Shown one piece after another: positions 15,991 to 25,250 of a stretch of 32,606 bases of DNA (position 1 is the stretch's first letter; each line of letters starts with the position of its first letter). The stretch lies in the IMG/VR virus record IMGVR_UViG_3300045988_160698. The stretch is one strand, 5' to 3'. The stretch is from a virus. Below the pieces are notes generated by a model. That model saw nothing but the letters and a program-made list of their open reading frames with translations. It had not been told where the DNA came from and searched no databases. The position numbers were made by a program, and so were the translations under genes.

Positions 15991-16314
15991 ATGGCAGACA
16001 AGAAGAAGCAGAAGCAATGCATTCTCGATGCCTGCCGCGCCACGCTCCGCATCCCGGCATTCTGCAACGATTACGACGATGAGATCGCCGATGTCATCGA
16101 AGCCGCCCGCGCCGAGCTTGTCGCGGGCGGCGTCAGGCCGGAGAAGGCGAGAGACGATGACGACGGCAGGATTCGCCTGGCTATCAAGGTCTACGTCAAG
16201 GCCAACTTCGGTATGGACAACCCGGACGCCGACGGCTTCATGAAGTCGTTCGAATGCATGCTCACGTCGATGAGCGGGGACTCGCTCTACAGGGCGGAGC
16301 CATCCGATGAGTAG
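15991..16314 (+). CDS. Head-tail connector (gp6-like / DNA-packaging QLRG-type)
   Basis: 107 aa. Pattern LRIP...DDEI..VIEAARAEL. Position after the capsid gene. GGGAGG RBS. Confidence 0.7.
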   Translation: MADKKKQKQCILDACRATLRIPAFCNDYDDEIADVIEAARAELVAGGVRPEKARDDDDGRIRLAIKVYVKANFGMDNPDADGFMKSFECMLTSMSGDSLYRAEPSDE

Positions 16315-16615
16315 GTGGTCTGGGGTGTGCACGCTCATCGCGACCGAGACAGAGCGCGATGAAAAGGGCGTCCCGCACAGGAAGGAACGCCGCAGGCGCG
16401 TGCCGTGCAACGTCTTCTCGATGAGCGCGGCAACCTATTACGTCGCTGCTCAGGCGGGCGTGAAACCGCAGGTGGTAATTGAGATACGCTCCTGCGCATA
16501 TTCAGGCGAAACCCTCGTCGAGTACGGCGGTGTGACGTACTCGGTCGACAGCAGGCTTATTAGCGGCGCGGACAATATCCGCCTCACGCTTGTCGAGAGG
16601 ACTGGTGACCGATGA
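16307..16615 (+). CDS. Head closure / head-tail adaptor protein
   Basis: 102 aa with overlapping start and stop codons. Conserved position in HK97-like modules. Confidence 0.6.
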   Translation: MSRWSGVCTLIATETERDEKGVPHRKERRRRVPCNVFSMSAATYYVAAQAGVKPQVVIEIRSCAYSGETLVEYGGVTYSVDSRLISGADNIRLTLVERTGDR

Positions 16616-16992
16616 GCGGCGTCAATATCGACGATCTCGCCGAGATTATCGTCAACGACATGCAGGACGTAATCGACGATGACGTTGAAGCACTGGAGGG
16701 CAACGCCCGCGCAGCAGGACAGAAGGCGGTCAGGCTGCTGCGCCAACGAAGCCGCAAACGCGTCCACCACGGCGGAAGCTACGCGAAGGCTTGGACGGCT
16801 GATATCGAGACCGACGAGACCGGCACGAGCTGCACCGTGCACAACCGGCAGTACCAGCTGACTCATCTGCTTGAGAAGGGTCACGCCATCGCAAACCAGA
16901 GCGGCAGGTATCCCGGGCACGCTGCAGGCGACCACGTGATTGAGGGCGTTTACAACGAGGTCGCTGCGGAGTTCGCGAAGGGCGGCGAGTGA
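16612..16992 (+). CDS. HK97 gp10-family neck / tail-completion protein
   Basis: Pattern GSYAKAW...V.N..YQLTHLLEKGH, typical of the gp10 family. Confidence 0.7.
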   Translation: MSGVNIDDLAEIIVNDMQDVIDDDVEALEGNARAAGQKAVRLLRQRSRKRVHHGGSYAKAWTADIETDETGTSCTVHNRQYQLTHLLEKGHAIANQSGRYPGHAAGDHVIEGVYNEVAAEFAKGGE

Positions 16993-17321
16993 TGAAGACA
17001 TTGGATGAGCTTGTCGGCATTCTCAGGTCGTTCGAGCTGCCGTTCAGCAACGGCGCGTTTCTGTCTGACGAGCGGCCTGCACCTCCGTACATCGAGATTG
17101 AAGCCGGTTACTCAGAAGCCGCCTTTGCGGACAACGTGACGCATATCAGGTGGATGCCGTACGACTGCGCGCTTTACTGCGCGACGCGAGACTACGAGCT
17201 TGAACGGCGCATCGAATCTGAATTGGATGCCGCCGAATTCGCCTACACGAAAACGGTGACGGCAATCGACGGAGAGGGTGTCATCGAGACCGCCTACGAG
17301 ATTAACGTTATTGAATATTAA
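16992..17321 (+). CDS. Tail terminator-like protein (called by position)
   Basis: About 109 aa. Its ATG overlaps the upstream TGA. It is the last gene before the major tail protein. Confidence 0.5.
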   Translation: MKTLDELVGILRSFELPFSNGAFLSDERPAPPYIEIEAGYSEAAFADNVTHIRWMPYDCALYCATRDYELERRIESELDAAEFAYTKTVTAIDGEGVIETAYEINVIEY

Positions 17322-17335
17322 GAAAGGGGCATCTT

Positions 17336-17926
17336 ATGCCACGAAACGGATATTTCGGTGTCAAGAACGCGCACATCGCCGTGCTCGAGAGCGAGGACAA
17401 CTTTACCTACGCGAAGCCGGTGCGAGTTCCCGGTACCGTAGAGATCAAGATGGAGCCTTCCGTCGAGACCGCGACGAGCTATGCCGACAACGAGACCTGG
17501 CTCGACAAAACTCAGGACAACGGCGGATCTGGCACCATTTCCTTCTATGACACGGAGGGGACTGTTGAGATGCGCAAGCTGTTCGCCAGCCTTGTCGGCT
17601 TCGACATCGACGCAAAAGGTCGAGTCCTTGGTACCTCCGGCAAGACTCCGAAGAAGTTCGCCTTCATGTGCGAGCAGCCGGGGCATGTCGTAGGCAAGCG
17701 CCGTTGCTTCCTCTGCTGCCAGATCAAGGCACCGAGCATGGACGCCAAGACCCTTGAGGACAAGCCGGATATCACGCAGCTCGACTATGACATCACGTGG
17801 CGTCCCGTCACGCTTCCGAGCGGCTGGCGAGGCAGCTCGTATGACAGCTTCAGCGACCTTGAAGGTTACGATAAGTTCTTCGATGAGGTCGACACGCAGC
17901 TCACGCCAGCACCGAGCGAGGCATAG
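17336..17926 (+). CDS. Major tail protein (phi13 / TP901-1-like)
   Basis: 196 aa. N-terminal GVKNAHIAVLESED..FTYAKPV.VPG..EI pattern. AAAGGGG RBS. Confidence 0.8.
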   Translation: MPRNGYFGVKNAHIAVLESEDNFTYAKPVRVPGTVEIKMEPSVETATSYADNETWLDKTQDNGGSGTISFYDTEGTVEMRKLFASLVGFDIDAKGRVLGTSGKTPKKFAFMCEQPGHVVGKRRCFLCCQIKAPSMDAKTLEDKPDITQLDYDITWRPVTLPSGWRGSSYDSFSDLEGYDKFFDEVDTQLTPAPSEA

Positions 17927-17927
17927 C

Positions 17928-18350
17928 ATGGTAAGCGAGATCAATATCGGTGGCAGCACCGTTCCCGTCGCATGCAACGGCTTCACGCCTATCGTGTTCT
18001 CGCGCGAGTTCTCGGTTGAGCGTCCCGATGGCTCGAAGCGACCGAAGGATATCAACGAAGACGTCTCCGTTATTCTCGAGGTCACGTCCGCATTTAAGGT
18101 CGCGCCCATCGTACCGCTCCTTGAGATTTTTTACTCCTGCGCGAAGACGGCCAACCCGAAGCTCAAGCCCTTCAAAGAGTTTATTGGCGATTTCCCGCCC
18201 GATGCGTACGACCTGGAGCGCTCCGGCGGTTGGTCTGCCGACGTGATGGGGATCGTGAAGGAAAACTTTTTTCCGAACGCAAAGGAAGACGTGGCAGCCG
18301 AGACCGCCGAAGAGACCGATGCCGCCGATGCCGACGGAGCTGCAGAGTAG
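17928..18350 (+). CDS. Tail assembly chaperone (gpG-like)
   Basis: Internal ATG at 17928, right after the major-tail-protein stop. 140 aa with an acidic C-terminus. Sits upstream of the tape measure gene. Confidence 0.7.
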   Translation: MVSEINIGGSTVPVACNGFTPIVFSREFSVERPDGSKRPKDINEDVSVILEVTSAFKVAPIVPLLEIFYSCAKTANPKLKPFKEFIGDFPPDAYDLERSGGWSADVMGIVKENFFPNAKEDVAAETAEETDAADADGAAE

Positions 18351-18531
18351 CTGCGACGCGCTCTACATTTACGAGTGCCAGCAGGCCGGGCTGTCTATAG
18401 GCGATCTAGAAAAGCTCAGCTACAGACAGGTGCAGACGCTTCTCGACATCTATTCGTTCGTCAACGACGCGATTTCACACGCCGACGAGGACGAGCAGGC
18501 TCGAAAGGGCGAGCAGGAGTTCTGGTCGTGA
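18319..18531 (+). CDS. gpT-like ORF, probably expressed as a frameshift extension of the chaperone
   Basis: It overlaps the chaperone 3' end in the +1 frame. That frame is open from 18259. A T6 run (18267-18272) lies inside the overlap window. Confidence 0.5.
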   Translation: MPPMPTELQSSCDALYIYECQQAGLSIGDLEKLSYRQVQTLLDIYSFVNDAISHADEDEQARKGEQEFWS

Positions 18532-18609
18532 GGATAAAGCGACAGCGCACCGCAGTCGGCGCGCTGTTCTGTGTACTCACGGTTTATTGATAGTTGAATA
18601 GAGGTGACC

Positions 18610-21114
18610 ATGGCAGTTACTTACAAGGGGCTGACGATCAAATTCGGCGGCGATACGACGGAGCTGCAGGGCGCGCTCAAGAAGGTGCAGAGCACCGCCA
18701 AGGATACACAGGGCGCGCTGAAGGACATCAACCGCGCGCTGAAGCTTGACCCCGGCAATACCGAGCTTTTGACCGAGAAGGCCAAGCTGCTGAACCGCGC
18801 GTACGATGAGACCAAGACGAAGCTCGATGCCTATAAGTCGGCGCTCGCGATGCTTGAGGAAAAGCAGCGTAGCGGTGTAGCGCTCACGGAGCGCGAGCAG
18901 GCGCAGTATTCGAGCCTGAAGGCGCAGGTTGCCGTCTGCGAGAACCAGCTCGAGAGTTACGCCGATGACCTGAAGAGCGTTAGTCGGGAAGCGGAAGCAT
19001 CCAAGACCGGCCTGTACCAATTCGGACAGACGGTACAGGACAACAGCGACAAGCTGGCGAAGGCCGGCAAGGGGCTTGAGACCGCCGGCAAGACGATTAC
19101 CGGTGCCGTCGGTGGAGCTGCGACGGCGCTCGTGGGCCTGGCATCCAGTCAGGAAGAAAACATCGAGCAGACGCATCAGCTCGACGCCGCATGGAAAGAC
19201 GCCGGCGGTACGAGCGAGCAGGCCCGAAACTCCTATACGCTCTTCTACAAGCTGCTCGGTGAAGAGGACACGGCAACGGAAGCGGCGCAGAATCTCTCCC
19301 GACTGACCACGAACCAGCAGGAGCTGGACAAGTGGAACAACATCGCCGCAGGCTCCTTCTCGAAGTTCGGCGATGCTCTGCCACTCGAGAACCTCGTCGA
19401 AGCGTCCCAGGAGACGGCGCACACGGGAACCGTCACAGGCGGTTTGGCAGACGCACTTAACTGGGCTACCGCGAGCAATGAGCAGTGGAGCGCCGCGCTC
19501 TCCGGAAACCAGGCCGCGCAGCAGGCGTTCAACGACGCGATTGGGCAGGGCGCTACCAAGGAGGACGCGTTCAACGCGGCCCTTGCGGCCTGCGGCAGCG
19601 AGCAGGAGCGCTCTTCGCTTATCACGCAGACGCTTGACGGTCTCTATGGCGAGATCGGACAGACGTACCAGGACAACAACAAGACCATGCTCGACTCGCG
19701 CGAGCAGCAGGCCCAGTTCAACCAGAAGCTGACCGAAGCCGGTGAAGCCGCGCTGCCGGTCAAGGAAAAGGTCTTGGAGCTTGGCACCACTCTTCTCGAG
19801 AAGGTCACTCCGGCGCTTGAGAGCGTTTCCGACTGGTTTCAACGGCTGTCTCCGGAACAGCAAGACCTCGTGACCAACATCGCGCTCGGAACCCTGGCTT
19901 TTGGCGGCCTTGCGACCGGTGCCGGCAAGGTGTTGCAGGCGGGAAGCGAGATCGGCGGTACCATCAAAACCGTCTCCGAGACATTTGGTGGACTCAAGGG
20001 TGCTATCGGTGCCGTCGGTGGCGGCTGGACTTCCTTCACCGGTCTCATTGCGGCAAACCCGATTCTGCTCGGTGTGGCGGCTGTTGCCGCCGCCGTTGCC
20101 GGTCTTACGTGGTTCTTCACGCAGACTGAGACCGGCAAGCAGATGTGGTCTGATTTCACCGGATGGATCTCTGAGAAGTGGCAGGGAGTCCAAGACTTCT
20201 TTGCAGGGGTACCCGCTTTTTGGCAAGGAATCTGGGACGGGATAACCGGCAAGGCCGAGGAAGTCAAAAACGACCTCGGTGCGAAGTTCGATGGAATCAA
20301 GGAAGGCGCATCGAATGCCTGGGAAAACCTGAAGACAAATGCATCAGACGCTTGGGGGAATCTCCAGTCAGCGGCTTCGGAAAAGTTCGGGTCGATTAAG
20401 AACTCGATTCAAAATGACATGCAGACCGGCCTTGAAGTCGGGTCTTCGAGTTCGAAAGCACTTCAGGCAGCAATGAACGGTGATTGGTCGACCGCCAAGA
20501 CCGAAGCGGCCAACGCCTTCAACCTCATCAAGGACAACATAACGAACAAGCTGGGCAATGCCAAGACGAACGCCATCAACATTGCCGACACGATTGGCGG
20601 TAAGCTCGGCTTTCCCGGTCTCGGAACGAAGGTCAATGGTGTTTTCGAGGGTATCAAGAATGGCATAACCAACAAACTGAACAGCGCTTGGAACACGATT
20701 AGCTGGATACCCAATCAGATTTCCTCGGCGTTCTCCGGTATCCGTATCAGTCTGCCGCATATCAGCCTTCCCCATTTTTCTGTCTCGTGGAGGGATATCG
20801 GCGGCATCGTCGACCTGCCGAGCATCAGCGTGAGCTGGTATGCAAAGGGCGGCTATTTCGACCGCCCGAGCATCATCGGCGTCGGTGAGGCCGGCGGCGA
20901 GCACGTCACTCCGGATAGGAAGCTGCGCGAGAGCGTTGAGGATGCCGTTTCAAGGGCTTTCGACCGCTGGGGCGGCGGGGCAAATCCGGTCAGCGTCTCC
21001 GTAACTGTAAACGCCACGGTCAACGACAAGGTTGACGCCTACACGACGGGGCAGCAGATCGGCGCTGGCATCGCCAGCCGCCTGAAGCAGAGGGGAGTGA
21101 CCGTTGGAGCGTAA
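18610..21114 (+). CDS. Tape measure protein
   Basis: About 834 aa. Helical, Ala/Gln-rich N-terminal half. Central TM-like stretch (LIAANPILLGVAAVAAAVAGLTWFF). Position after the G/T chaperones. Confidence 0.9.
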   Translation: MAVTYKGLTIKFGGDTTELQGALKKVQSTAKDTQGALKDINRALKLDPGNTELLTEKAKLLNRAYDETKTKLDAYKSALAMLEEKQRSGVALTEREQAQYSSLKAQVAVCENQLESYADDLKSVSREAEASKTGLYQFGQTVQDNSDKLAKAGKGLETAGKTITGAVGGAATALVGLASSQEENIEQTHQLDAAWKDAGGTSEQARNSYTLFYKLLGEEDTATEAAQNLSRLTTNQQELDKWNNIAAGSFSKFGDALPLENLVEASQETAHTGTVTGGLADALNWATASNEQWSAALSGNQAAQQAFNDAIGQGATKEDAFNAALAACGSEQERSSLITQTLDGLYGEIGQTYQDNNKTMLDSREQQAQFNQKLTEAGEAALPVKEKVLELGTTLLEKVTPALESVSDWFQRLSPEQQDLVTNIALGTLAFGGLATGAGKVLQAGSEIGGTIKTVSETFGGLKGAIGAVGGGWTSFTGLIAANPILLGVAAVAAAVAGLTWFFTQTETGKQMWSDFTGWISEKWQGVQDFFAGVPAFWQGIWDGITGKAEEVKNDLGAKFDGIKEGASNAWENLKTNASDAWGNLQSAASEKFGSIKNSIQNDMQTGLEVGSSSSKALQAAMNGDWSTAKTEAANAFNLIKDNITNKLGNAKTNAINIADTIGGKLGFPGLGTKVNGVFEGIKNGITNKLNSAWNTISWIPNQISSAFSGIRISLPHISLPHFSVSWRDIGGIVDLPSISVSWYAKGGYFDRPSIIGVGEAGGEHVTPDRKLRESVEDAVSRAFDRWGGGANPVSVSVTVNATVNDKVDAYTTGQQIGAGIASRLKQRGVTVGA

Positions 21115-21838
21115 ACGCAAGCACAACCAGAGCGACAGCATCGTCTTCAACGGTCACGACCTGTCGAGCCTCGTCTTCTGCAAGATTCACCGCCCGATAA
21201 TGGCAAGCGTGAAGCCGACGTTCGAGGATGTGTCCGGAAGGCATGGCGAGCTGTTCAGGTCGGTGAAACGAGGGGGATACGATCTGACCGTCGACATGTG
21301 GCTGCGCACGGAACATCGTCGCGATATTGCCGATGCGCGGCACAAACTGGCGGCGATGCTCTGGACGGATGAGCCCGCTCCGCTGTACCTGCCGGATGAC
21401 CCAACGCGCTATCTCATGGCCATTGTCAGCGGCATCACAGATTTGGGTGAGATTACCGATGATTGCCCTGGCACGTCGGTGACATTCCATATAGGTGATC
21501 CGGACTATCACGGGCAGTGCCGCCGTATCGAGATGACCGGCTCCGCCGCCGTCTCCGTCGGCGGCACGCTTCCCGCGCATATTAAGGTGACGGCGAAGCC
21601 GTCTGCCGGAGGTGCCTGGAGGATAACCAACACCGGCACCGGCGAGTTCGTCGAGATTATCCAGCCGCTCACGGCTGACAGCACCATCAGGCTTGACTTC
21701 TCTACTGAGCACGCGACGGTCAACGGCTCGGTTGCCCAGCTCAACATCATGAGCGATTTCTTTGAGATTAATGACCGTGCGCACATCAAGATCTCTAGCG
21801 GCTCCGCGACGCTGGAATGGGAGGAAAGATGGCTTTAA
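21104..21838 (+). CDS. Distal tail protein (Dit, siphovirus tail family)
   Basis: 244 aa with a TTG start after GGGGAG. The pattern ...FNG.DLS....V..I.RP... and the position after the tape measure gene support the call. Confidence 0.75.
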   Translation: MERKRKHNQSDSIVFNGHDLSSLVFCKIHRPIMASVKPTFEDVSGRHGELFRSVKRGGYDLTVDMWLRTEHRRDIADARHKLAAMLWTDEPAPLYLPDDPTRYLMAIVSGITDLGEITDDCPGTSVTFHIGDPDYHGQCRRIEMTGSAAVSVGGTLPAHIKVTAKPSAGGAWRITNTGTGEFVEIIQPLTADSTIRLDFSTEHATVNGSVAQLNIMSDFFEINDRAHIKISSGSATLEWEERWL

Positions 21839-24588
21839 CAAAAAAGGTCAACTTCACCCGTTTCAGCCGTTTCGGCGCTAATCTCGGACGGCTCACCTAC
21901 ACCGCAGCGACCCATGAGGACGCTACGGACGGCACCGATGAGCTTAAGATCAGGTGCGACGAGGATTTGAGCAAGGGGGAGCGTCTTGTTTGGGTTGACC
22001 GACAAGGCGTTGTGCATGAGCACATAGTCGACGAAATCGAGCGGCTGCACGATGATAGCGGCAAGCCCTATACCAGCGTCACGTGCATCAACTCAATCAA
22101 CGAGACGTGGGATGACTATATCGAGGACAAGCGACCGTCCGGCAGCGTGGCTGTGGCGCTCGCTTCGATACTCGCTGGCACACGTTGGGAAGTCGGCAAC
22201 TGCGACCAGCCAGGCAGCGCTTCGCATACCTTCTATCACGTAAAAGTACGCGAGGGATTGAGCGATCTGCTCAAAACATGGGGAGGCGAGCTTGAAACCG
22301 TCATCGAGACGGACGGCGTGCAGGTCACACACCGATACGTGCGAGTGGTCGCGAAACGCGGAAACCAGCAAAGTCCCAAGCGCTTTACGTGGACTAAAGA
22401 CCTTATAAGCATCAAGCGCAAGACCGGCAGCGCGAATCCAAAGACGCGCGTTTACGGTTACGGCAAGGGCGTTGAGACCGATGGCGGCGGTTTTGGCCGG
22501 CGCTTGACTTTCGGCGATATAAACGGCGGCAAGAATTACGTCGAGGATGCCTCCGCGACCGAGATTTGGGGACATCCCGACGGCAACGGCGGCATCGCGC
22601 CCGCCGTGGATGTTTACATTAACGAGCAATGTGAGGACGCGGCACAACTTCTTGCCGAGACGAACGACTACCTCGAGCAAGCCAAAACGCCGACCGTCTC
22701 CTATGAAGCAAGCGTGATTGACCTGTTCGCTTTCGGGCGAGATTGGGAGAGCGTTGCCGTCGGCGATTGCGTGGCGATCATCGACAAGGGCTTCTCCGCT
22801 GCGGGAATCAGGCTCAAGGGTCGCGTCTCGAAGCTGGCCCGCGACCTGGTGACCGGCGATGCCACGGTGGTGTTCGGCAACTTAACCGATAATCTGGCCG
22901 ACATCTTTCAGTCCATGGCGCAGCAGCTCAAGAGCGGCAGTAACCAGCGGGCTAACTATGACGCGGCTGCCGGCACGTCCGTCTCGTGGCTCAACCAGCT
23001 CATGGCGGCGCTCAACAAGGCATTCAATGCCGTCGGCACCTACAAGGTCGAGACGTTCGAGCTCGGCGTGATTTACTCCAACGTGCCGCTGGATGCCGTG
23101 ACTGGCGTTCCGCTCAAGTCAACGTCCGGCATGTGGGCTGTCAATATCAACGGCATGGGCATCCGCCTTGCCGCAAATCTTACAAGCGACGGCCAATGGA
23201 ATTGGCGAACGTTTATAACCGGCGCACAGGTGAGCGCCGATTGCATCAACGCCGGAACGATGCGGGCAGACCGCATCCGCGCCGGCCTGCTCACCGACGA
23301 GGTGGGCGCGAACTATTGGGACTTGGAGACAGGCGAATTCCAGCTATCGCCCACTGCGAAGTACGGCGACGGTGGCTATACCGTCGATGGCGTTATCGAA
23401 GACCTGCACGGCGGAATGACGCAGAACAGAAAACACATCGAGGCCCTTGGGGAAGACTTCCAGACAAGGAATAAGGAACTTGACGAAACGATAAGCAGCC
23501 TCGACACCACGGTCAACGACATCGCTAAAGACGGCATCGTCACCGAGGCGGAGAAAGCTGCCGTAAATAAGATTCTCCAGACCGTGCAGAAAGATAAAGA
23601 AGACCTATCTGCACTACACAGATCGCTGTCGTCAAACAAAAATTTGCAGGTTCAGTTCAAGGCGCAAGTCCTAGAGCCGAGGTACAACAACGCGTTCGGC
23701 GAGGGCGGAGCGTTCGATGTCCTGATGTCAGCTATCTCGGATGTCACAAACTGCTCAACAGCCAAGAAACTGAATGCCGCCATGTCGGATTATAAGAGTG
23801 CCTATGAAAACTACTCATCCGCAGTAACGGTCTATGCGGCGGTAGCGCGACAGGCTACGAGCATGATTGCGAAAGAGGTGGCTAAGACCGATGCGGAGAA
23901 ACTTGTCGACAAGCTCGACGAGAGCCTCAAACAGCAAGAGATCTTCAATCGGCTCACCAACGACGGAGCAAACAAAGGCATCTACATGTCCAATGGCGAG
24001 CTGTACGTCAATGCGACATACCTCAAGAGCGGAACAATCGGCGACGGTCAGGGGAAGAACTACTGGAGTCTGACGAGCGGCTATTTCCAGACGACCTATG
24101 GCGTCATCGGCGGGCTATCAATCGATAACAACAAATTGTATAGATATAAGCTCACGCTCGATTCGAACACCTCTGGTCTCTACATAGGTACAGACGGTTT
24201 CAGCGTCGGTGGCGGCACCTGCTACACGGCAATGGCCAACGGATACCTATACGGCGGCACAGCTGAGGATATTACGGGCTACGTCGGATTCAACAACTAC
24301 AACACAAGTAGTCGTGTATATGGTGCACGATTGGCAGGCAAGGGGTGCATTTGCCTTCTGACTGACGACTGGATCGGAGTCGGGCCATACAAGGATCGCG
24401 GCGAGTACGTCGAGTGCAAGACTGGCAGAACCGGCAGCGTCACTCTCGTTGGAAATCTACAAAGCTCGTGGACGAATATGTCGCTGACAGGAGTTTATAA
24501 CGTCAGCAATCTCTGCCAAAACCTCTCGATGCACTGGACGAACTGGACTCTGAATTTCGATCACGGTCTCATGGTCACGGCACTTTAG
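21829..24588 (+). CDS. Tail-associated lysin / tail tip protein (Tal, prophage-tail endopeptidase-type N-terminus) with a coiled-coil and a distal domain
   Basis: About 919 aa. ATG at 21829 follows GGGAGG. N-terminal domain typical of Tal proteins. Central coiled-coil (NKELDETISSLDTTVNDIAKDG...). Position after Dit. Confidence 0.7.
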   Translation: MALTKKVNFTRFSRFGANLGRLTYTAATHEDATDGTDELKIRCDEDLSKGERLVWVDRQGVVHEHIVDEIERLHDDSGKPYTSVTCINSINETWDDYIEDKRPSGSVAVALASILAGTRWEVGNCDQPGSASHTFYHVKVREGLSDLLKTWGGELETVIETDGVQVTHRYVRVVAKRGNQQSPKRFTWTKDLISIKRKTGSANPKTRVYGYGKGVETDGGGFGRRLTFGDINGGKNYVEDASATEIWGHPDGNGGIAPAVDVYINEQCEDAAQLLAETNDYLEQAKTPTVSYEASVIDLFAFGRDWESVAVGDCVAIIDKGFSAAGIRLKGRVSKLARDLVTGDATVVFGNLTDNLADIFQSMAQQLKSGSNQRANYDAAAGTSVSWLNQLMAALNKAFNAVGTYKVETFELGVIYSNVPLDAVTGVPLKSTSGMWAVNINGMGIRLAANLTSDGQWNWRTFITGAQVSADCINAGTMRADRIRAGLLTDEVGANYWDLETGEFQLSPTAKYGDGGYTVDGVIEDLHGGMTQNRKHIEALGEDFQTRNKELDETISSLDTTVNDIAKDGIVTEAEKAAVNKILQTVQKDKEDLSALHRSLSSNKNLQVQFKAQVLEPRYNNAFGEGGAFDVLMSAISDVTNCSTAKKLNAAMSDYKSAYENYSSAVTVYAAVARQATSMIAKEVAKTDAEKLVDKLDESLKQQEIFNRLTNDGANKGIYMSNGELYVNATYLKSGTIGDGQGKNYWSLTSGYFQTTYGVIGGLSIDNNKLYRYKLTLDSNTSGLYIGTDGFSVGGGTCYTAMANGYLYGGTAEDITGYVGFNNYNTSSRVYGARLAGKGCICLLTDDWIGVGPYKDRGEYVECKTGRTGSVTLVGNLQSSWTNMSLTGVYNVSNLCQNLSMHWTNWTLNFDHGLMVTAL

Positions 24589-24598
24589 GAGAGAAACA

Positions 24599-24787
24599 AT
24601 GGCCACCTACAAAGTTGAGAAAGATGGGCTGTCTTTTTATGTGCAGCCGTGGATGCTCGATTATTACGCAGCCAATGGCTACACGATCTACAAAACAGTT
24701 GAAGAAGAAGTTACGAATGTGGCTGCTGAAATCGCCAGCATAGATGTTCAGCAGCCTGTGGTCGAGGAGGCTACTGTCAATGGATAA
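24599..24787 (+). CDS. Small hypothetical tail-module protein
   Basis: 62 aa with an AGGAGAG RBS. Confidence 0.5.
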   Translation: MATYKVEKDGLSFYVQPWMLDYYAANGYTIYKTVEEEVTNVAAEIASIDVQQPVVEEATVNG

Positions 24788-25250
24788 AGGCATCGAATCA
24801 CTCGCCAGCGCGCTCGGCGCGACCGTAACCGAGCAAGAGCAGAGTATCAATGTCAAGTATGTGGCTCCAGACGAGTACACAAATAGCCAGATGGAGCAGA
24901 TGCTGGTATCTCTTCAGCCGCTGCTCGACCGCCGCGACATCGTGGGTTATGCGGCCGCTCGGAATACGCGAGTTCTGCGCTCAGAGTGCATGGAATATCT
25001 CAAGCGCCGCGATGAGCTGATCTCGAAATACGGTGAACCAGAGATTGGCGAGGACGGCTCGCCGACCGGTAACTCTCGAATCAAAATCGGGTCAGATGGC
25101 TATAAATCGTTCTGCTCAGAGATCGAGCTTTACGCGAACATCAAGCACCGTCCCAACCTTTTCAAGATTTCCTACGGCGAAGTAATCGGCAAGATGTCCG
25201 GCAACGAGATTCTTGATTGCGAATGGATGCTAATCGACGGTGATGCGTAA
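24780..25250 (+). CDS. Hypothetical tail-module protein (possibly DUF1617-like)
   Basis: Internal ATG at 24780 overlaps the upstream stop. The pattern ...AAARNTRVL..E...YLKRRDELISKYGE..EDG... recalls DUF1617. Low confidence. Confidence 0.45.
   Translation: MDKGIESLASALGATVTEQEQSINVKYVAPDEYTNSQMEQMLVSLQPLLDRRDIVGYAAARNTRVLRSECMEYLKRRDELISKYGEPEIGEDGSPTGNSRIKIGSDGYKSFCSEIELYANIKHRPNLFKISYGEVIGKMSGNEILDCEWMLIDGDA

Noticed and set aside
14669-16060. 463-aa ORF on the minus strand
   Set aside because: It is entirely antisense to the clearly recognisable prohead protease and major capsid genes. Its translation is low-complexity (G/V/A/L-rich), as expected from stop-codon depletion on the antisense strand of GC-rich coding DNA. 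It has no RBS or operon context.
18542-18567. Hairpin ACAGCGC-12nt-GCGCTGT between the chaperone ORFs and the tape measure gene, considered as a terminator
   Set aside because: The stem is short, the loop is large and no real U-tract follows. A terminator here would cut off the tape measure and the rest of the tail operon.
18577-20226. 549-aa ORF on the minus strand; similar cases at 17318-18109 and 21020-21841
   Set aside because: These are antisense to the tape measure, major tail/chaperone and Dit genes. They are Arg/Leu/Gly-rich pseudo-proteins typical of GC-rich antisense frames.
20746-20775. Tandem 15-bp imperfect repeat (ATCAGTCTGCCGCAT / ATCAGCCTTCCCCAT) encoding ISLPH-ISLPH in the tape measure protein
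   Set aside because: It is a single duplication inside a protein family known for internal repeats. Nothing suggests a separate function.
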